Source: Oscillospiraceae bacterium (lineage in GTDB: Bacteria > Bacillota > Clostridia > Oscillospirales > UBA644). Taken from it: a stretch of 64,000 nucleotides of DNA. Shown in pieces: positions 8,519-18,286 of the stretch (its first letter is position 1; the number at the start of each line of letters is the position of its first letter). The DNA lies in the NCBI GenBank assembly GCA_015067305.1, contig SVMT01000007.1, forward strand, positions 28,770 through 92,769, written 5' to 3'. The translations under genes were made by a program, and so were the position numbers. Below the pieces are notes generated by a model. It saw nothing but the letters and a program-made list of their open reading frames with translations. It had not been told where the DNA came from and did no database searches.

Positions 8519-11299
8519 ATGAGAAATAATTTATTTGTAAAGGGCGCACGCGCCAACAACTTAAAGAATGTAGATCTTGAAATACCTCGTGACAAACTGG
8601 TAGTTTTCACGGGACTTTCAGGTTCGGGCAAAAGTTCCCTTGCATTTGACACGATCTACGCAGAGGGTCAGCGCCGCTATGTGGAGTCGCTTTCAGCATA
8701 TGCCCGTCAGTTCCTCGGTCAGATGGAAAAACCCGATGTGGACTATATCGAGGGGCTCTCCCCTGCCATTTCCATCGACCAGAAGACAACTTCACGAAAT
8801 CCCCGTTCCACCGTCGGAACGATCACAGAGATACACGACTACCTACGTCTACTTTATGCACGTGTAGGTATCCCACATTGCCCTATCTGCGGTCTTGAGA
8901 TCAAACAGCAACCGCTGGATAAGATAGTTGATACGATCCTCGAATATGAAGAGGGTTCAAGAATTCAGATCCTTGCACCAGTTATCCGAGGCAGAAAAGG
9001 CGAATACCAGAAACAATTTGAAGAATACAGAAAAAGCGGCTTTGTCCGTGTCCGTGTTGACGGAATAATTTACGATCTTCAGGAACAGATACCCCTTGAA
9101 AAAAACAAAAAACATGATATTGAAATAGTTGTTGACCGTCTTTCCATTCGTGACGGCATAAGAAAACGTCTTTTTGACTCATGCGAAACGGCATCACAGC
9201 TTTCAAGAGGTCTTGTTCTCGTTGTTTTCGCAGACGACAGTGGACGTGAACAGATGTTCTCCCAGCGTTATTCATGTCCCGAACACGATATCGGAATCGA
9301 AGAACTTACACCGAGAATGTTTTCATTCAACAACCCCATGGGTGCATGCAAGACCTGCTCAGGTCTCGGTTATATAATGGCTATAGACAAAGATCTTGTT
9401 ATTCCCAATAAAAAAGTTTCTCTCATGGACGGTGCTGTAAAAGCAACGGGATTCGGAAACATTGCACAGAATCCGACTCTTATGAAAGTTTTCAGTCAGG
9501 TTCTGAAAAAATACGGTCTGACAGTTGCCGACCCCATTGAAAAATACTCGGAAGAGGCTCTTGACGACCTCCTTTACGGCAGCGAGATGCACGAAGGTAT
9601 AATCACCACACTTGAAAGAAGATACAAACAGACACAGAGCAGCGCCGTAAAAGCGGAAATGGAAGCGCTGATGTCAAACAATGTTTGTCCCGACTGTCAC
9701 GGTGCAAGACTCAATCCCGTTTCCCTTGCGGTAACCGTTGGCGGCACAAATATTCACGACCTATCTTCTTTACCTATCAGCGACGAACTGAAATTTATTA
9801 AAGAACTCAAGCTCTCACCAAGAGATATGAGCATCGCAGAGCTTATCCTGAAAGAGATCAAAGACAGACTCGGTTTTTTGGAAAGTGTAGGACTTGATTA
9901 CCTTACTCTTGCCCGTTCTGCAGGTACACTTTCGGGAGGTGAGGCTCAGAGAATCAGACTTGCAACACAGATCGGCTCATCACTTATGGGCTGTATCTAT
10001 ATACTCGACGAACCGAGCATAGGTCTTCATCAGCGTGATAACAACAAGCTTCTGGATACTCTTCGCCATCTGCGAGACCTTGGCAATACATTGATCGTAG
10101 TTGAACACGATGAAGATACGATGCTTGCGGCTGATTATCTTGTAGACATTGGTCCAGGTGCAGGTATACACGGAGGTCACATTGTGGCAAAAGGTACACC
10201 TCAGGAAGTTATGGAATGTGAAGACTCTATCACAGGTCAGTATCTTTCAGGCAAAAAGCAAATTCCGGTACCTCCCAAAACACGTCAGAACAACGGTAAA
10301 TTCATTACAGTCAAAGGTGCAAGAGAAAACAATCTCAAAGGCATTGATGTTGATTTTCCTCTCGGTGTTTTCACCTGCGTTACAGGTGTTTCAGGTTCCG
10401 GAAAATCAAGCCTTGTCAATGAGATCCTTTACAAAAATCTTATGATCCACTGCTACAATTCGAGACTGATTCCGGGTAAATGCGATGAAGTTCTCGGACT
10501 TGAAAATGTGGACAAGATAGTAAGCATAGATCAAAGCCCAATAGGAAGAACCCCACGGTCAAACCCCGCAACATATACGGGAATGTTCAACGATATTCGC
10601 GAACTTTTCGCACAGACAAACGAAGCAAAAGCAAAGGGCTACACCGCAAGCAGATTCTCATTCAACGTAAGCGGCGGACGATGCGAAGCCTGCGGAGGCG
10701 ACGGTATCGTAAAAATAGAAATGCACTTCCTGCCCGACATTTACGTTCAATGCGATGTTTGCGGAGGCAAGCGCTACAACAGAGAAACTCTTGAGATAAA
10801 ATTCAAGGATAAAAACATAAATGATGTTCTCGAAATGACTGTTGAAGAGGGCATGAAGCTCTTTGAAAACATTCCAAACATATACCGCAAGCTTGAGACC
10901 CTTTACGAAGTCGGTCTTGGTTACATCAAGATAGGACAGCCTTCCACCACGCTTTCAGGCGGTGAAGCGCAACGAGTAAAACTTGCAACAGAATTAGCAA
11001 AGCGCGGAACAGGAAATACAGTTTATATTCTCGATGAACCCACGACAGGTCTCCACACAGCTGACGTTCACAAGCTCATTGAAGTGCTGCAAAAGCTGGT
11101 AAACGCAGGAAACACGGTCATTGTCATTGAACATAATCTTGACGTTATCAAGTGTGCTGACCACATAATAGACCTCGGTCCCGAGGGCGGCTTCAGAGGC
11201 GGCACCATCGTTGCGACAGGTACACCGCAGGAGATCGCAAATCATCCCGATTCCCATACAGGAAAATTCCTCAAGCCTAAATTAGGTCTAAAGCCATAG
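8519..11299 (+). CDS. uvrA: excinuclease ABC subunit A
   Basis: two ABC ATPase modules ([20 protein letters not shown]; LSGGEAQR twice) and zinc-finger Cys clusters. Confidence 0.97.
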   Translation: MRNNLFVKGARANNLKNVDLEIPRDKLVVFTGLSGSGKSSLAFDTIYAEGQRRYVESLSAYARQFLGQMEKPDVDYIEGLSPAISIDQKTTSRNPRSTVGTITEIHDYLRLLYARVGIPHCPICGLEIKQQPLDKIVDTILEYEEGSRIQILAPVIRGRKGEYQKQFEEYRKSGFVRVRVDGIIYDLQEQIPLEKNKKHDIEIVVDRLSIRDGIRKRLFDSCETASQLSRGLVLVVFADDSGREQMFSQRYSCPEHDIGIEELTPRMFSFNNPMGACKTCSGLGYIMAIDKDLVIPNKKVSLMDGAVKATGFGNIAQNPTLMKVFSQVLKKYGLTVADPIEKYSEEALDDLLYGSEMHEGIITTLERRYKQTQSSAVKAEMEALMSNNVCPDCHGARLNPVSLAVTVGGTNIHDLSSLPISDELKFIKELKLSPRDMSIAELILKEIKDRLGFLESVGLDYLTLARSAGTLSGGEAQRIRLATQIGSSLMGCIYILDEPSIGLHQRDNNKLLDTLRHLRDLGNTLIVVEHDEDTMLAADYLVDIGPGAGIHGGHIVAKGTPQEVMECEDSITGQYLSGKKQIPVPPKTRQNNGKFITVKGARENNLKGIDVDFPLGVFTCVTGVSGSGKSSLVNEILYKNLMIHCYNSRLIPGKCDEVLGLENVDKIVSIDQSPIGRTPRSNPATYTGMFNDIRELFAQTNEAKAKGYTASRFSFNVSGGRCEACGGDGIVKIEMHFLPDIYVQCDVCGGKRYNRETLEIKFKDKNINDVLEMTVEEGMKLFENIPNIYRKLETLYEVGLGYIKIGQPSTTLSGGEAQRVKLATELAKRGTGNTVYILDEPTTGLHTADVHKLIEVLQKLVNAGNTVIVIEHNLDVIKCADHIIDLGPEGGFRGGTIVATGTPQEIANHPDSHTGKFLKPKLGLKP

Positions 11300-11446
11300 G
11301 GCTTAGTAGGTTTCGACTTTCAATTTAATAGCTATCGAAACAAACACTCTGAGATAACTATTGTTTTTACTGTCAATTTTAATTATACTAAACCCTGAGG
11401 ACTAATGCTTATATTTGAACTTTTCCGCAAATTATAAGTTTAGGTA

Positions 11447-11475
11447 TTGCAAAAGACATAATTATCTGATAGAAT
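11447..11475 (+). promoter_or_regulatory. rpsT promoter (TTGCAA-17-TAGAAT)
   Basis: read directly upstream of rpsT. Confidence 0.5.
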
Positions 11476-11518
11476 AGTAAGAGCTAAAAATCCTAAATCT
11501 TGTACGGAGGTGACAGTT

Positions 11519-11758
11519 GTGCCCAATATTAAGTCCGCAAAGAAGCGTTGCAAAGTTATCAGCGCTAAAACTATGCAGAACAAGATCCAGAAATCTGTAC
11601 TCAGAACAAATCTGAAAAAGCTTCAGGCTGAAGTTAAAGAAAATCCTGCTGCACTCAAAACTGCATATAAGGTTCTTGACAAAGCTGTTGCGAAAGGTAT
11701 TCTTCACAAGAACAATGCTGCTCGTAAAAAGGCTCAGATCGCTGCAATGGCAAAATAA
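11519..11758 (+). CDS. rpsT: 30S ribosomal protein S20
   Basis: PNIKSAKKR... N-terminus typical of S20; GTG start 8 nt after GGAGG (ORF track begins three codons earlier at 11510). Confidence 0.9.
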   Translation: MPNIKSAKKRCKVISAKTMQNKIQKSVLRTNLKKLQAEVKENPAALKTAYKVLDKAVAKGILHKNNAARKKAQIAAMAK

Positions 11759-11773
11759 TAAAAAAACAAATCG

Positions 11774-11810
11774 GAACATAGAAGAGCGATCTTTTATGTT
11801 CTTTTGTTTT
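11774..11810 (+). terminator. intrinsic terminator after rpsT
   Basis: 12-bp stem GAACATAGAAGA-GCGA-TCTTTTATGTTC followed by TTTTGTTTT. Confidence 0.8.
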
Positions 11811-11837
11811 ATCTAAAATATGAAAAGAGGTTCAGTA

Positions 11838-13178
11838 ATGGCTAAAACAAAAATAATGTTCTGTTTCGATACGGAAGACTTCACCACGATAGAATCAACA
11901 GTAGCAGCGGCAAGAATCGCAAAGATACTTGAAGAAGAGGGCTGCAAAGGCAGTTTTATGACTGTCGGCAGAGTTGCTCAGGAACTCATCAGAAACAAAA
12001 GATTTGACCTGATAGATGTTCTCAACCGCCATGAGATAAATTTTCACACAAAAGATCACACCGTACACCCCACATTGATAGAATACACAGATCTTGAAGA
12101 TTTCAACAGAGCCGCAGGCAGACTTCTCAAAGAAGAATGTGAAGGCATGGGTATGGTTAAGGCTGTTTTCGGCAACGAAAACTTCTACACCGCAGTTCCT
12201 CCGGGTCCCAGCCGTTCCTATGCGGCAATGATAATTTACAGCGAATTGGGAATCCCCGTTTATGCAGATTCTATCCTCGCAACAAAAGAAGGCAAAGATG
12301 TTTTCTACTGCGGTGCACTCCAGCTGGACTATACGATCTGGTTTGAGGGCGATGTTTTTGAAAAAGATCTTTCCGACGGAACTGTTATAAACGAGCTCAA
12401 GGACCGTCTTGCAAAAAGAGAAAAAGCTATAATTTATGACCACCCGAACAAATTCTTTTTCAACCAATTCTGGGACGCTGTAAACTACAACAAAAAGAAC
12501 CTTTGCGAATACGGCAAATGGATACCCTGCAACAGACGTTCAGATTCAGATATAGAAAAATATTTCAACGCTTACAGAACTCTCATAAGGAGCCTGAAAG
12601 AGGACGACAGATTTGAAATCACAACTCCAGGCGAATATTGGGAATCAATAAAAGACAAGCAGAACAGAACCGTAAAGCTCGAAGATATTCCCGCAATAAA
12701 AGCGGCTCTTGAAAATAACTTTGAACCTGTCAAAGAACCCGTATCTCTTTCCATTTCGGAAATTTTTGATGCGGCGCTGAATCTCCTCGGAGGAAAAAGT
12801 TCCTATAACGTAAAACGTGTTTATGGCTTTCTGAAAGCCCCTGTGGGCATATCGGAACAGACAAAGGTCTGTGCCTCCGAAGTAAGAGAAGCTGCGGCAA
12901 AGATCGTCAGACCCGACGAGGGACCGTTCTTCCTGCCTGAGACAGTAAACGTCGGCGGAAAGACACTTGGCGCGGCAGATTTCCTCTTCGCTATGCTGGA
13001 AACACTCTGCGGAAAAGAAGAAATAATCCTCACACCAAGACCTCAGCTGAATTCCCTTGATGAATTCCCCGAGCTGAGAGATCTGAACTTCAAAGGCACA
13101 TGGATCTACAGCGACGACCTTCAGGATAATTATCTCTCTGACAGACTTCGCTGGCAATGCTGGACACTCAGATATTAA
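11838..13178 (+). CDS. hypothetical protein; the N-terminal part resembles a polysaccharide-deacetylase-like fold (FDTEDF motif), the rest is unrecognised
   Basis: long ORF with host-like codon usage; AGAGG RBS 7 nt before ATG 11838; function not recognised. Confidence 0.5.
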   Translation: MAKTKIMFCFDTEDFTTIESTVAAARIAKILEEEGCKGSFMTVGRVAQELIRNKRFDLIDVLNRHEINFHTKDHTVHPTLIEYTDLEDFNRAAGRLLKEECEGMGMVKAVFGNENFYTAVPPGPSRSYAAMIIYSELGIPVYADSILATKEGKDVFYCGALQLDYTIWFEGDVFEKDLSDGTVINELKDRLAKREKAIIYDHPNKFFFNQFWDAVNYNKKNLCEYGKWIPCNRRSDSDIEKYFNAYRTLIRSLKEDDRFEITTPGEYWESIKDKQNRTVKLEDIPAIKAALENNFEPVKEPVSLSISEIFDAALNLLGGKSSYNVKRVYGFLKAPVGISEQTKVCASEVREAAAKIVRPDEGPFFLPETVNVGGKTLGAADFLFAMLETLCGKEEIILTPRPQLNSLDEFPELRDLNFKGTWIYSDDLQDNYLSDRLRWQCWTLRY

Positions 13179-13190
13179 GCCCTGATACGC

Positions 13191-13237
13191 AAAAAGCTCT
13201 TTACAACCACTCACTCATCGGCTGTAAAGAGCTTTTA
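13191..13237. terminator. bidirectional terminator between the 446-aa hypothetical gene and the RelB/DinJ gene
   Basis: AAAAGCTCTTTACA-N17-TGTAAAGAGCTTTT. Confidence 0.75.
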
Positions 13238-13255
13238 ATATATTTTTAAGGAGGA

Positions 13256-13471
13256 TCAATCAATTTTTTCGGAATGTTTGCGGAGAAACTCCAGAAATTC
13301 CTTGTTCGGCACATCACGGGAAAGCATGAACGGAATTTTTTGTTCACGGACAGCCTGCTTGGTAAAAGCAGTAACTGCGGCAGTAAAACTCAGACCAAGA
13401 TCCGCAAAAAGTTCATCCGCCTGAAGTTTCAGATCTTCATCCATTCGGATCGTCACATTTATTGTTCCCAT
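13256..13471 (-). CDS. RelB/DinJ-family type II antitoxin (orphan, no cognate toxin gene adjacent)
   Basis: MGTINVTIRMDEDLK..A.ELF..LGLS...A...F.KQ.V....IPF ribbon-helix-helix signature; a bidirectional terminator follows immediately. Confidence 0.8.
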   Translation of the reverse strand: MGTINVTIRMDEDLKLQADELFADLGLSFTAAVTAFTKQAVREQKIPFMLSRDVPNKEFLEFLRKHSEKID

Positions 13472-13504
13472 AACGCACCTCTTTCGCACTTATATTGCAC
13501 ATAT

Positions 13505-13533
13505 ATTATACTACAATTTATTGTATTTGTCAA
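13505..13533 (-). promoter_or_regulatory. consensus promoter of the orphan RelB/DinJ antitoxin gene (TTGACA-17-TATAAT)
   Basis: minus-strand TTGACAaatacaataaattgtagTATAAT. Confidence 0.7.
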
Positions 13534-13640
13534 GTATTTTATGTGCGAAATATTTGCAAACTATTCCTTATTCGATAAATGAATATTAAATTCCAGACAG
13601 GACAAAATAAAAATGACAATAAAATTTAAAGATAAATTTA

Positions 13641-13669
13641 TTGACAAATTCATCAGTAAATAGTATAAT
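13641..13669 (+). promoter_or_regulatory. consensus promoter of the phd-relE operon (TTGACA-17-TATAAT)
   Basis: TTGACAaattcatcagtaaatagTATAAT. Confidence 0.7.
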
Positions 13670-13693
13670 ATTATTGTAACGGAGGTGAACACT

Positions 13694-14017
13694 ATGCAAA
13701 ATATAGCAAGCGCAATAAACGATACTATATCAATCTCACTTTTCAACCGTGGGATGGCAGGCAAAATATTTGAAGAAGTAAAGAAAAGCGGCGCAAAAGT
13801 TGTCATGAAAAATAACGCCGCAGAATGTGTTCTTCTTTCCCCAAAGGAATATTTAAAGCTGATTGATGAGATAAATGAAGCAAGACTTATGACTATTGCA
13901 AACGAAAGGTTGGCAACTTACGATCCCAACAATACCGTTTCGGAAAAAGAAATGGCAAACAAACTGGGAATAAACGAAGAAGATCTCGAAAATTTTAATG
14001 AGGTCGAATTCGAATGA
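13694..14017 (+). CDS. Phd/YefM-type antitoxin
   Basis: small acidic protein directly upstream of a RelE-like ORF, overlapping it by 4 nt (ATGA); the ...VVMKNN.AECVLLSPKEY..L block is typical of Phd/YefM; GGAGG RBS. Confidence 0.7.
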   Translation: MQNIASAINDTISISLFNRGMAGKIFEEVKKSGAKVVMKNNAAECVLLSPKEYLKLIDEINEARLMTIANERLATYDPNNTVSEKEMANKLGINEEDLENFNEVEFE

Positions 14018-14343
14018 ACTGGACAATAAAATATTTACCTGAAGTTGAAAAGGATTTGAAACAGCTTGCGGGCAACCAACAGCTCTTAGTATTAAAAGCA
14101 ATCAGAAAAGTCAGCCAAAATCCCCTTCCTGTCTCTGAAGGTGGATACGGTAAACCCTTAGGAAACAAAAACGGAAACAATCTGACCGGATTGATGAAGA
14201 TAAAACTTCGTGATGCGGGAATAAGGATCGTTTACAAACTAATAAGAACAGAAACAGAAATGCTTGTAGTTGTTGTCGGCGCAAGGGCTGATAATGAAGT
14301 CTACGAAATTGCACAAAAGCGCTCAGAAAAACACGAATTATAA
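14014..14343 (+). CDS. RelE/ParE-family type II toxin (mRNA interferase)
   Basis: W.I.Y...V.KDLK.L.......L.AI.....P....G..KPL.....L.GL.K.KLR..GIR.VY........ML.V.VG.R family pattern. Confidence 0.8.
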   Translation: MNWTIKYLPEVEKDLKQLAGNQQLLVLKAIRKVSQNPLPVSEGGYGKPLGNKNGNNLTGLMKIKLRDAGIRIVYKLIRTETEMLVVVVGARADNEVYEIAQKRSEKHEL

Positions 14344-14347
14344 AATA

Positions 14348-14390
14348 ACAGCTCTCACAGATATAACTCTGCGGGAGCTGTCAGTATTTT
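14348..14390 (+). terminator. intrinsic terminator after relE
   Basis: ACAGCTCTC...GGGAGCTGT stem followed by a T-rich tract. Confidence 0.55.
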
Positions 14391-14401
14391 AATACTCATA
14401 T

Positions 14402-14474
14402 CCCCCCAAACCTGCTTTTCTTTGGGGAGGGTTTGGGAGGACCTTGCTTTTCGTGTGAAAAGCAAGGTCCTCCC
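14402..14474 (-). repeat. intergenic double-hairpin repeat, type I (diverged copy, inverted orientation)
   Basis: CCCCAAACC..GGTTTGGG followed by GGGAGGACCTTGCTTTTCGTGTGAAAAGCAAGGTCCTCCC. Confidence 0.7.
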
Positions 14475-14498
14475 ATAAAAAATATTCTCTTTTATTTT

Positions 14499-16142
14499 TT
14501 ACGCCTTATAGCTGTCTTTGAGGCTTACGATCTGGTTGTAGCAGTTTTCGTATTTTGTATCTTTGCAGAAATAGCCTGTACGTACAAACTGGAACTTCTC
14601 TCCCTTTTCAGCGGAAGCAAGGCATTTTTCAACCTTGGCGTTCACAACGGTCAGGGAGTTGGGGTTCAGGTAATCCGTATATGTTTTACCCTCGGGAATG
14701 TCAAATACATTTGCAAGAGTGAAGAGACGGTCATAAAGATGAATTTCAGCATCATCGGCATTGACATCGGAAAGCCAATGGATAGTACCTTTGACTTTTC
14801 TGCCGTCAACGGGATTTCCGCAACCTGTTTCAAGGTCGCAGGAACAAAGAATTTCAGTTATATTGCCGTTTTCATCCTTGATAACATCTTCATACTTGAT
14901 GATGTATGAGCCCATGAGACGAACTTCGCCGCCGGGTTTGAGTCTGAAGAACTTTGGCGGAGGTACTTCCGCAAAGTCGGACTTGTCAATGTAAAGATGC
15001 TTGGAGAAAGTAACCTTTCTTGTACCTGCTTCGGGATCCTGAGGATTGTTTGTAACTTCAAATTCTTCCGTCTTGTCTTCTGGGTAATTTGTAATAGTTA
15101 CCTTAATGGGATCAAGAAGTGCAATTCTTCTCTGAGCTGTGGTGTTGAGTTCGTCACGGATGCAGTGTTCAAGAAGTTCAATATCTACGATACTGTAAGC
15201 CTTTGCAACGCCTGCTTTTTTAACGAATTCGATGATAGAGGAAGGTGTATAGCCTCTTCTTCTCATACCGCAAAGTGTGGGCATACGTGGGTCATCCCAG
15301 CCGTCAACTCTGCCCGTTTCAACAAGCTCACGAAGATAACGCTTACTCATTACAGTGTAAGTAAGGTTCAGGCGTGCAAATTCATACTGATGGGGCTTCT
15401 GTTCAAATCCGATATTATCAACTACCCAGTTATAGAGAGGTCTGTGGTTTTCGAATTCAATGGAGCAAAGTGAATGAGTAATACCCTCAAGAGCGTCCTG
15501 AATAGGATGAGCGTAGTCGTAGAGGGGGTAAATACACCATTTATCACCCTGACGGTGATGATGTGTGTGGAGAATTCTGTAAATGGCAGGGTCTCTCATG
15601 TTAATGTTGGGAGAAGCCATGTCGATCTTCGCACGGAGAGTTTTTGTACCGTCGGCAAATTCACCGTTCTTCATTCTTTCAAAAAGGTCAAGGTTTTCCT
15701 CAACGGAACGGTTTCTGTAAGGGCTTTCCTTACCGGGTTCGGTAAGTGTACCTCTGTATGCACGCATTTCCTCTGCGTTAAGGTCACAAACGTAAGCCTT
15801 GCCGTCTTTGATGAGCTTTACTGCGAATTCGTAGCATTTTTCAAAGTAGTCGGAACCGTAGAAAATATGATTGGGTTCAGCGCCCAGCCAACGAAGATCC
15901 TCTTCGATGGAGCGAACATATTCGTCGTCTTCCTTGACGGGGTTCGTGTCGTCATAACGGAGATTGAATTCACCGTTATATTTTTTAGCTGTACCGGAGT
16001 TGATCCAAATAGCTTTGGCACTTCCGATATGGAGATAACCGTTGGGTTCGGGAGGGAAACGTGTATGAACGTGGGTTTCTCTGCCGCTTTCAAGGTCACT
16101 GTCGATTATCTCGTGGATAAAATTAGATGTTGTTTCTTCCAT
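14499..16142 (-). CDS. glnS: glutamine--tRNA ligase
   Basis: collinear with E. coli GlnRS (NFI..IID.DL..G....VHTRFPPEPNGYLHIG, VMSKR). Confidence 0.97.
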   Translation of the reverse strand: MEETTSNFIHEIIDSDLESGRETHVHTRFPPEPNGYLHIGSAKAIWINSGTAKKYNGEFNLRYDDTNPVKEDDEYVRSIEEDLRWLGAEPNHIFYGSDYFEKCYEFAVKLIKDGKAYVCDLNAEEMRAYRGTLTEPGKESPYRNRSVEENLDLFERMKNGEFADGTKTLRAKIDMASPNINMRDPAIYRILHTHHHRQGDKWCIYPLYDYAHPIQDALEGITHSLCSIEFENHRPLYNWVVDNIGFEQKPHQYEFARLNLTYTVMSKRYLRELVETGRVDGWDDPRMPTLCGMRRRGYTPSSIIEFVKKAGVAKAYSIVDIELLEHCIRDELNTTAQRRIALLDPIKVTITNYPEDKTEEFEVTNNPQDPEAGTRKVTFSKHLYIDKSDFAEVPPPKFFRLKPGGEVRLMGSYIIKYEDVIKDENGNITEILCSCDLETGCGNPVDGRKVKGTIHWLSDVNADDAEIHLYDRLFTLANVFDIPEGKTYTDYLNPNSLTVVNAKVEKCLASAEKGEKFQFVRTGYFCKDTKYENCYNQIVSLKDSYKA

Positions 16143-16174
16143 GTTTATTCCTCATTTTTTATAGATTCTTTATT

Positions 16175-17830
16175 TTAAAGTTCAGCCGCTGCGGAAGAGA
16201 TACGGGAAAGAACTCTTTCTTTACCGAGTATCTTCATTACGCAGTAAGTGTCGGGAGATACCTGTTTACCTGTAACTGCAACTCTGAGCATCATTGCGAT
16301 ATCTGCAACGCTGCCTTTGAACGCGGAGGGATCCTGCTTATATGCTTTCATATCGGAAGCGTAACCCTCGCTGTCAGCAAGAGCTTTGAGTCTGTCGAAC
16401 CAGACATTCTGTTCGTCGTTTTCGTCAAAGATATCAAGGTATTTTTCAAGAATTTTCTTGATCTCAGTCTTGTCAAGATTTTCGGGGTAGTCTCCTTTTC
16501 CGCTGAAAAGCGCATCGTAGAAGAAGCCCATGTAATCCTTGACCTCGCTCCAGAGACCGAAGTCCTTACGGGGCTTTTTGCCGCCTCTGCCGATGCCGAG
16601 AATTTCAACAGCATAAGCTTTATCAGCCACAAGAAGTTCGTAAAATTCAGGATCGTTATCCTTTGCCCAAGCGGTAACATTTTCATAAACCTCTTCCGCT
16701 GTCATACGGAAGATAACGTCTTTACAAACATCGTAAAGCTTCTGGATATCAAACAGCGCGCCTGAAACGCTCATTTTCTTGAAAGAGAATTGGAAGTCGT
16801 TCATAGAGGCTGTTGGGTTTGCTCTTCTCCAGTCTTCAAAATTGGAGTTGAGAAGAGTCATAACGTATTCAAGAAGACCATCTTTGGGGTAACCCTCTTT
16901 GATGTAGAATGCAAGGTCAGCTTCGGGGTCCTTACGTTTGGAGATCTTTCTCTTGGAACCGCCATCAAGCTTCATAAGAGTCGCTGTGTGACAGTATACG
17001 GGACGTTTGAAGCCAAGTGCATCAAACAGTTCAACGTGCCAGGGAAGCGTTGCAAGCCATTCCTCGCCTCTCATAACGTGGGTGGTGTGCATGAGGTGGT
17101 CATCAACTGCATGAGCGAAATGGTACGGAGGAGTTCCGTTGGATTTGAGGATTACGAAATCCTGCTCATTCTGGGGGAATTCAAGCTCGCCCTTGATAGC
17201 GTCTGTAACTTTAACATGTCTGGAAGCATCACCGAGAGATTTGAGCCTGATAACATAAGGTTTGCCCTCTTTGAGAGCCGCTTCAATATCCTCGATAGAA
17301 GCATCACGCCATTTTGCGTATTTGCCGTAATAACCGGGGTTCGCGCCCTCTTCTTCCTGCTGTTTGTGTATAGCTTCAAGTTCTTCGTCGGTGCAGAAGC
17401 AGGGATATGCTCTGCCGTCCTGTACGAGTTTCTTGGCGAAAGTCTGATATATTTCAGTACGCTGGCTCTGTCTGTAAGGACCGTAGTTCCCGTTGTCGCC
17501 GTCAATAACAGCTCCTTCGTCAAACTGAATGCCGTACTTGCCGAACATTGTGATGAAAAGTTCTGCGGCACCTTGAACTTCACGTTTGGAGTCGGTATCT
17601 TCGATTCTGAAATAGAATTTACCGCCTGAGAGATGTGCGCTTCTTTCGTTTGCCATTGCCTGGTAAAGAGCGCCGATGTGGAGATAACCCGTGGGACTGG
17701 GAGCGATCCTCATTACACGCGCGCCTTCGGGAAGGTCACGTGCGGGATATTTCTGCTCCATATCCTCGGGAGTCGTCTTGATGTGCGGATACAAAAGCTC
17801 CGCCAAATAGTTGTGATCCAATTTATTCAT
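16175..17830 (-). CDS. gltX: glutamate--tRNA ligase (long, about 550-aa form)
   Basis: RIAPSPTGYLHIG (HIGH) and KISKRK (KMSKS) class I motifs; GluRS-like catalytic core. Confidence 0.93.
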   Translation of the reverse strand: MNKLDHNYLAELLYPHIKTTPEDMEQKYPARDLPEGARVMRIAPSPTGYLHIGALYQAMANERSAHLSGGKFYFRIEDTDSKREVQGAAELFITMFGKYGIQFDEGAVIDGDNGNYGPYRQSQRTEIYQTFAKKLVQDGRAYPCFCTDEELEAIHKQQEEEGANPGYYGKYAKWRDASIEDIEAALKEGKPYVIRLKSLGDASRHVKVTDAIKGELEFPQNEQDFVILKSNGTPPYHFAHAVDDHLMHTTHVMRGEEWLATLPWHVELFDALGFKRPVYCHTATLMKLDGGSKRKISKRKDPEADLAFYIKEGYPKDGLLEYVMTLLNSNFEDWRRANPTASMNDFQFSFKKMSVSGALFDIQKLYDVCKDVIFRMTAEEVYENVTAWAKDNDPEFYELLVADKAYAVEILGIGRGGKKPRKDFGLWSEVKDYMGFFYDALFSGKGDYPENLDKTEIKKILEKYLDIFDENDEQNVWFDRLKALADSEGYASDMKAYKQDPSAFKGSVADIAMMLRVAVTGKQVSPDTYCVMKILGKERVLSRISSAAAEL

Positions 17831-17881
17831 TCCTTTATATTATTGTCTTGTTAATAGTCCGTAGGGCATAAGAATCAGGAG

Positions 17882-17926
17882 CCTAATATCTCTAATACCT
17901 AACACCTAAAACCTAATACCTAATAT
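17882..17926 (-). repeat. heptanucleotide tandem repeat (minus strand UNUUAGG x5 in phase plus one out of phase) between the YkgJ gene stop and the gltX start
   Basis: plus-strand CCTAA/TCTAA at 17891, 17898, 17905, 17912 and 17919 (7-nt period) and at 17882. Confidence 0.9.
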
Positions 17927-18285
17927 TTCATTCTGCATCCTGCATTTTTCTCCTGTTCCGTTTTTATGCGGACATACTCTCTGAACAGCGCCCTTGTTTC
18001 CTCTGCGGTGAGGGGCTTTTCGGGACCGTAGCCGTGGGGACAAGGGAAAAGTTCCGATGAGCCGTAGATGCGGCAGATGAACCCTCTACATTGATAGATG
18101 GAACAGCGGTTGTTTTTCAGATGAGGACACCAACTGTCGGGCCAATCGACTTTCGGCATTCTTGCAAGCTCTTCGGGAGCAAACTGAATCTGATTATCAC
18201 AGCACTCCATACAATCTTCCTTGCAGGTGAAGGACGGTATCTTTTCATAGAGTTTCTGTATTTCTGTCAGTTCTTTTTCCGCCAC
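17920..18285 (-). CDS. YkgJ-family cysteine-cluster protein (UPF0153, putative Zn/Fe-binding)
   Basis: CKEDCMECC...C..C...C pattern; a GTG at 18285 lies right after the upstream gene's TGA, avoiding the 50-nt overlap implied by the ORF-track start at 18336. Confidence 0.65.
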   Translation of the reverse strand: MAEKELTEIQKLYEKIPSFTCKEDCMECCDNQIQFAPEELARMPKVDWPDSWCPHLKNNRCSIYQCRGFICRIYGSSELFPCPHGYGPEKPLTAEETRALFREYVRIKTEQEKNAGCRMKY

Positions 18286-18286
18286 G

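Noticed and set aside
8356-8652. 98-aa minus-strand ORF in the uvrB-uvrA spacer
   Set aside because: It is composed of the type II hairpin repeat plus the antisense of the uvrA 5' end, and has no RBS. It is a repeat-derived artefact.
13490-13560. A dif-like XerCD site (an AT-rich TATATTAT core) at the strand-switch region
   Set aside because: The arms match the Firmicute dif consensus poorly (TTATACTACAA against TTATGTAAACT). The sequence is fully explained as the -35/-10 promoter of the RelB/DinJ gene.
17831-17919. T-box leader upstream of gltX
   Set aside because: Only about 90 nt are available. There is no specifier loop, no T-box sequence and no terminator/antiterminator pair. The region is occupied by the heptad repeat instead.
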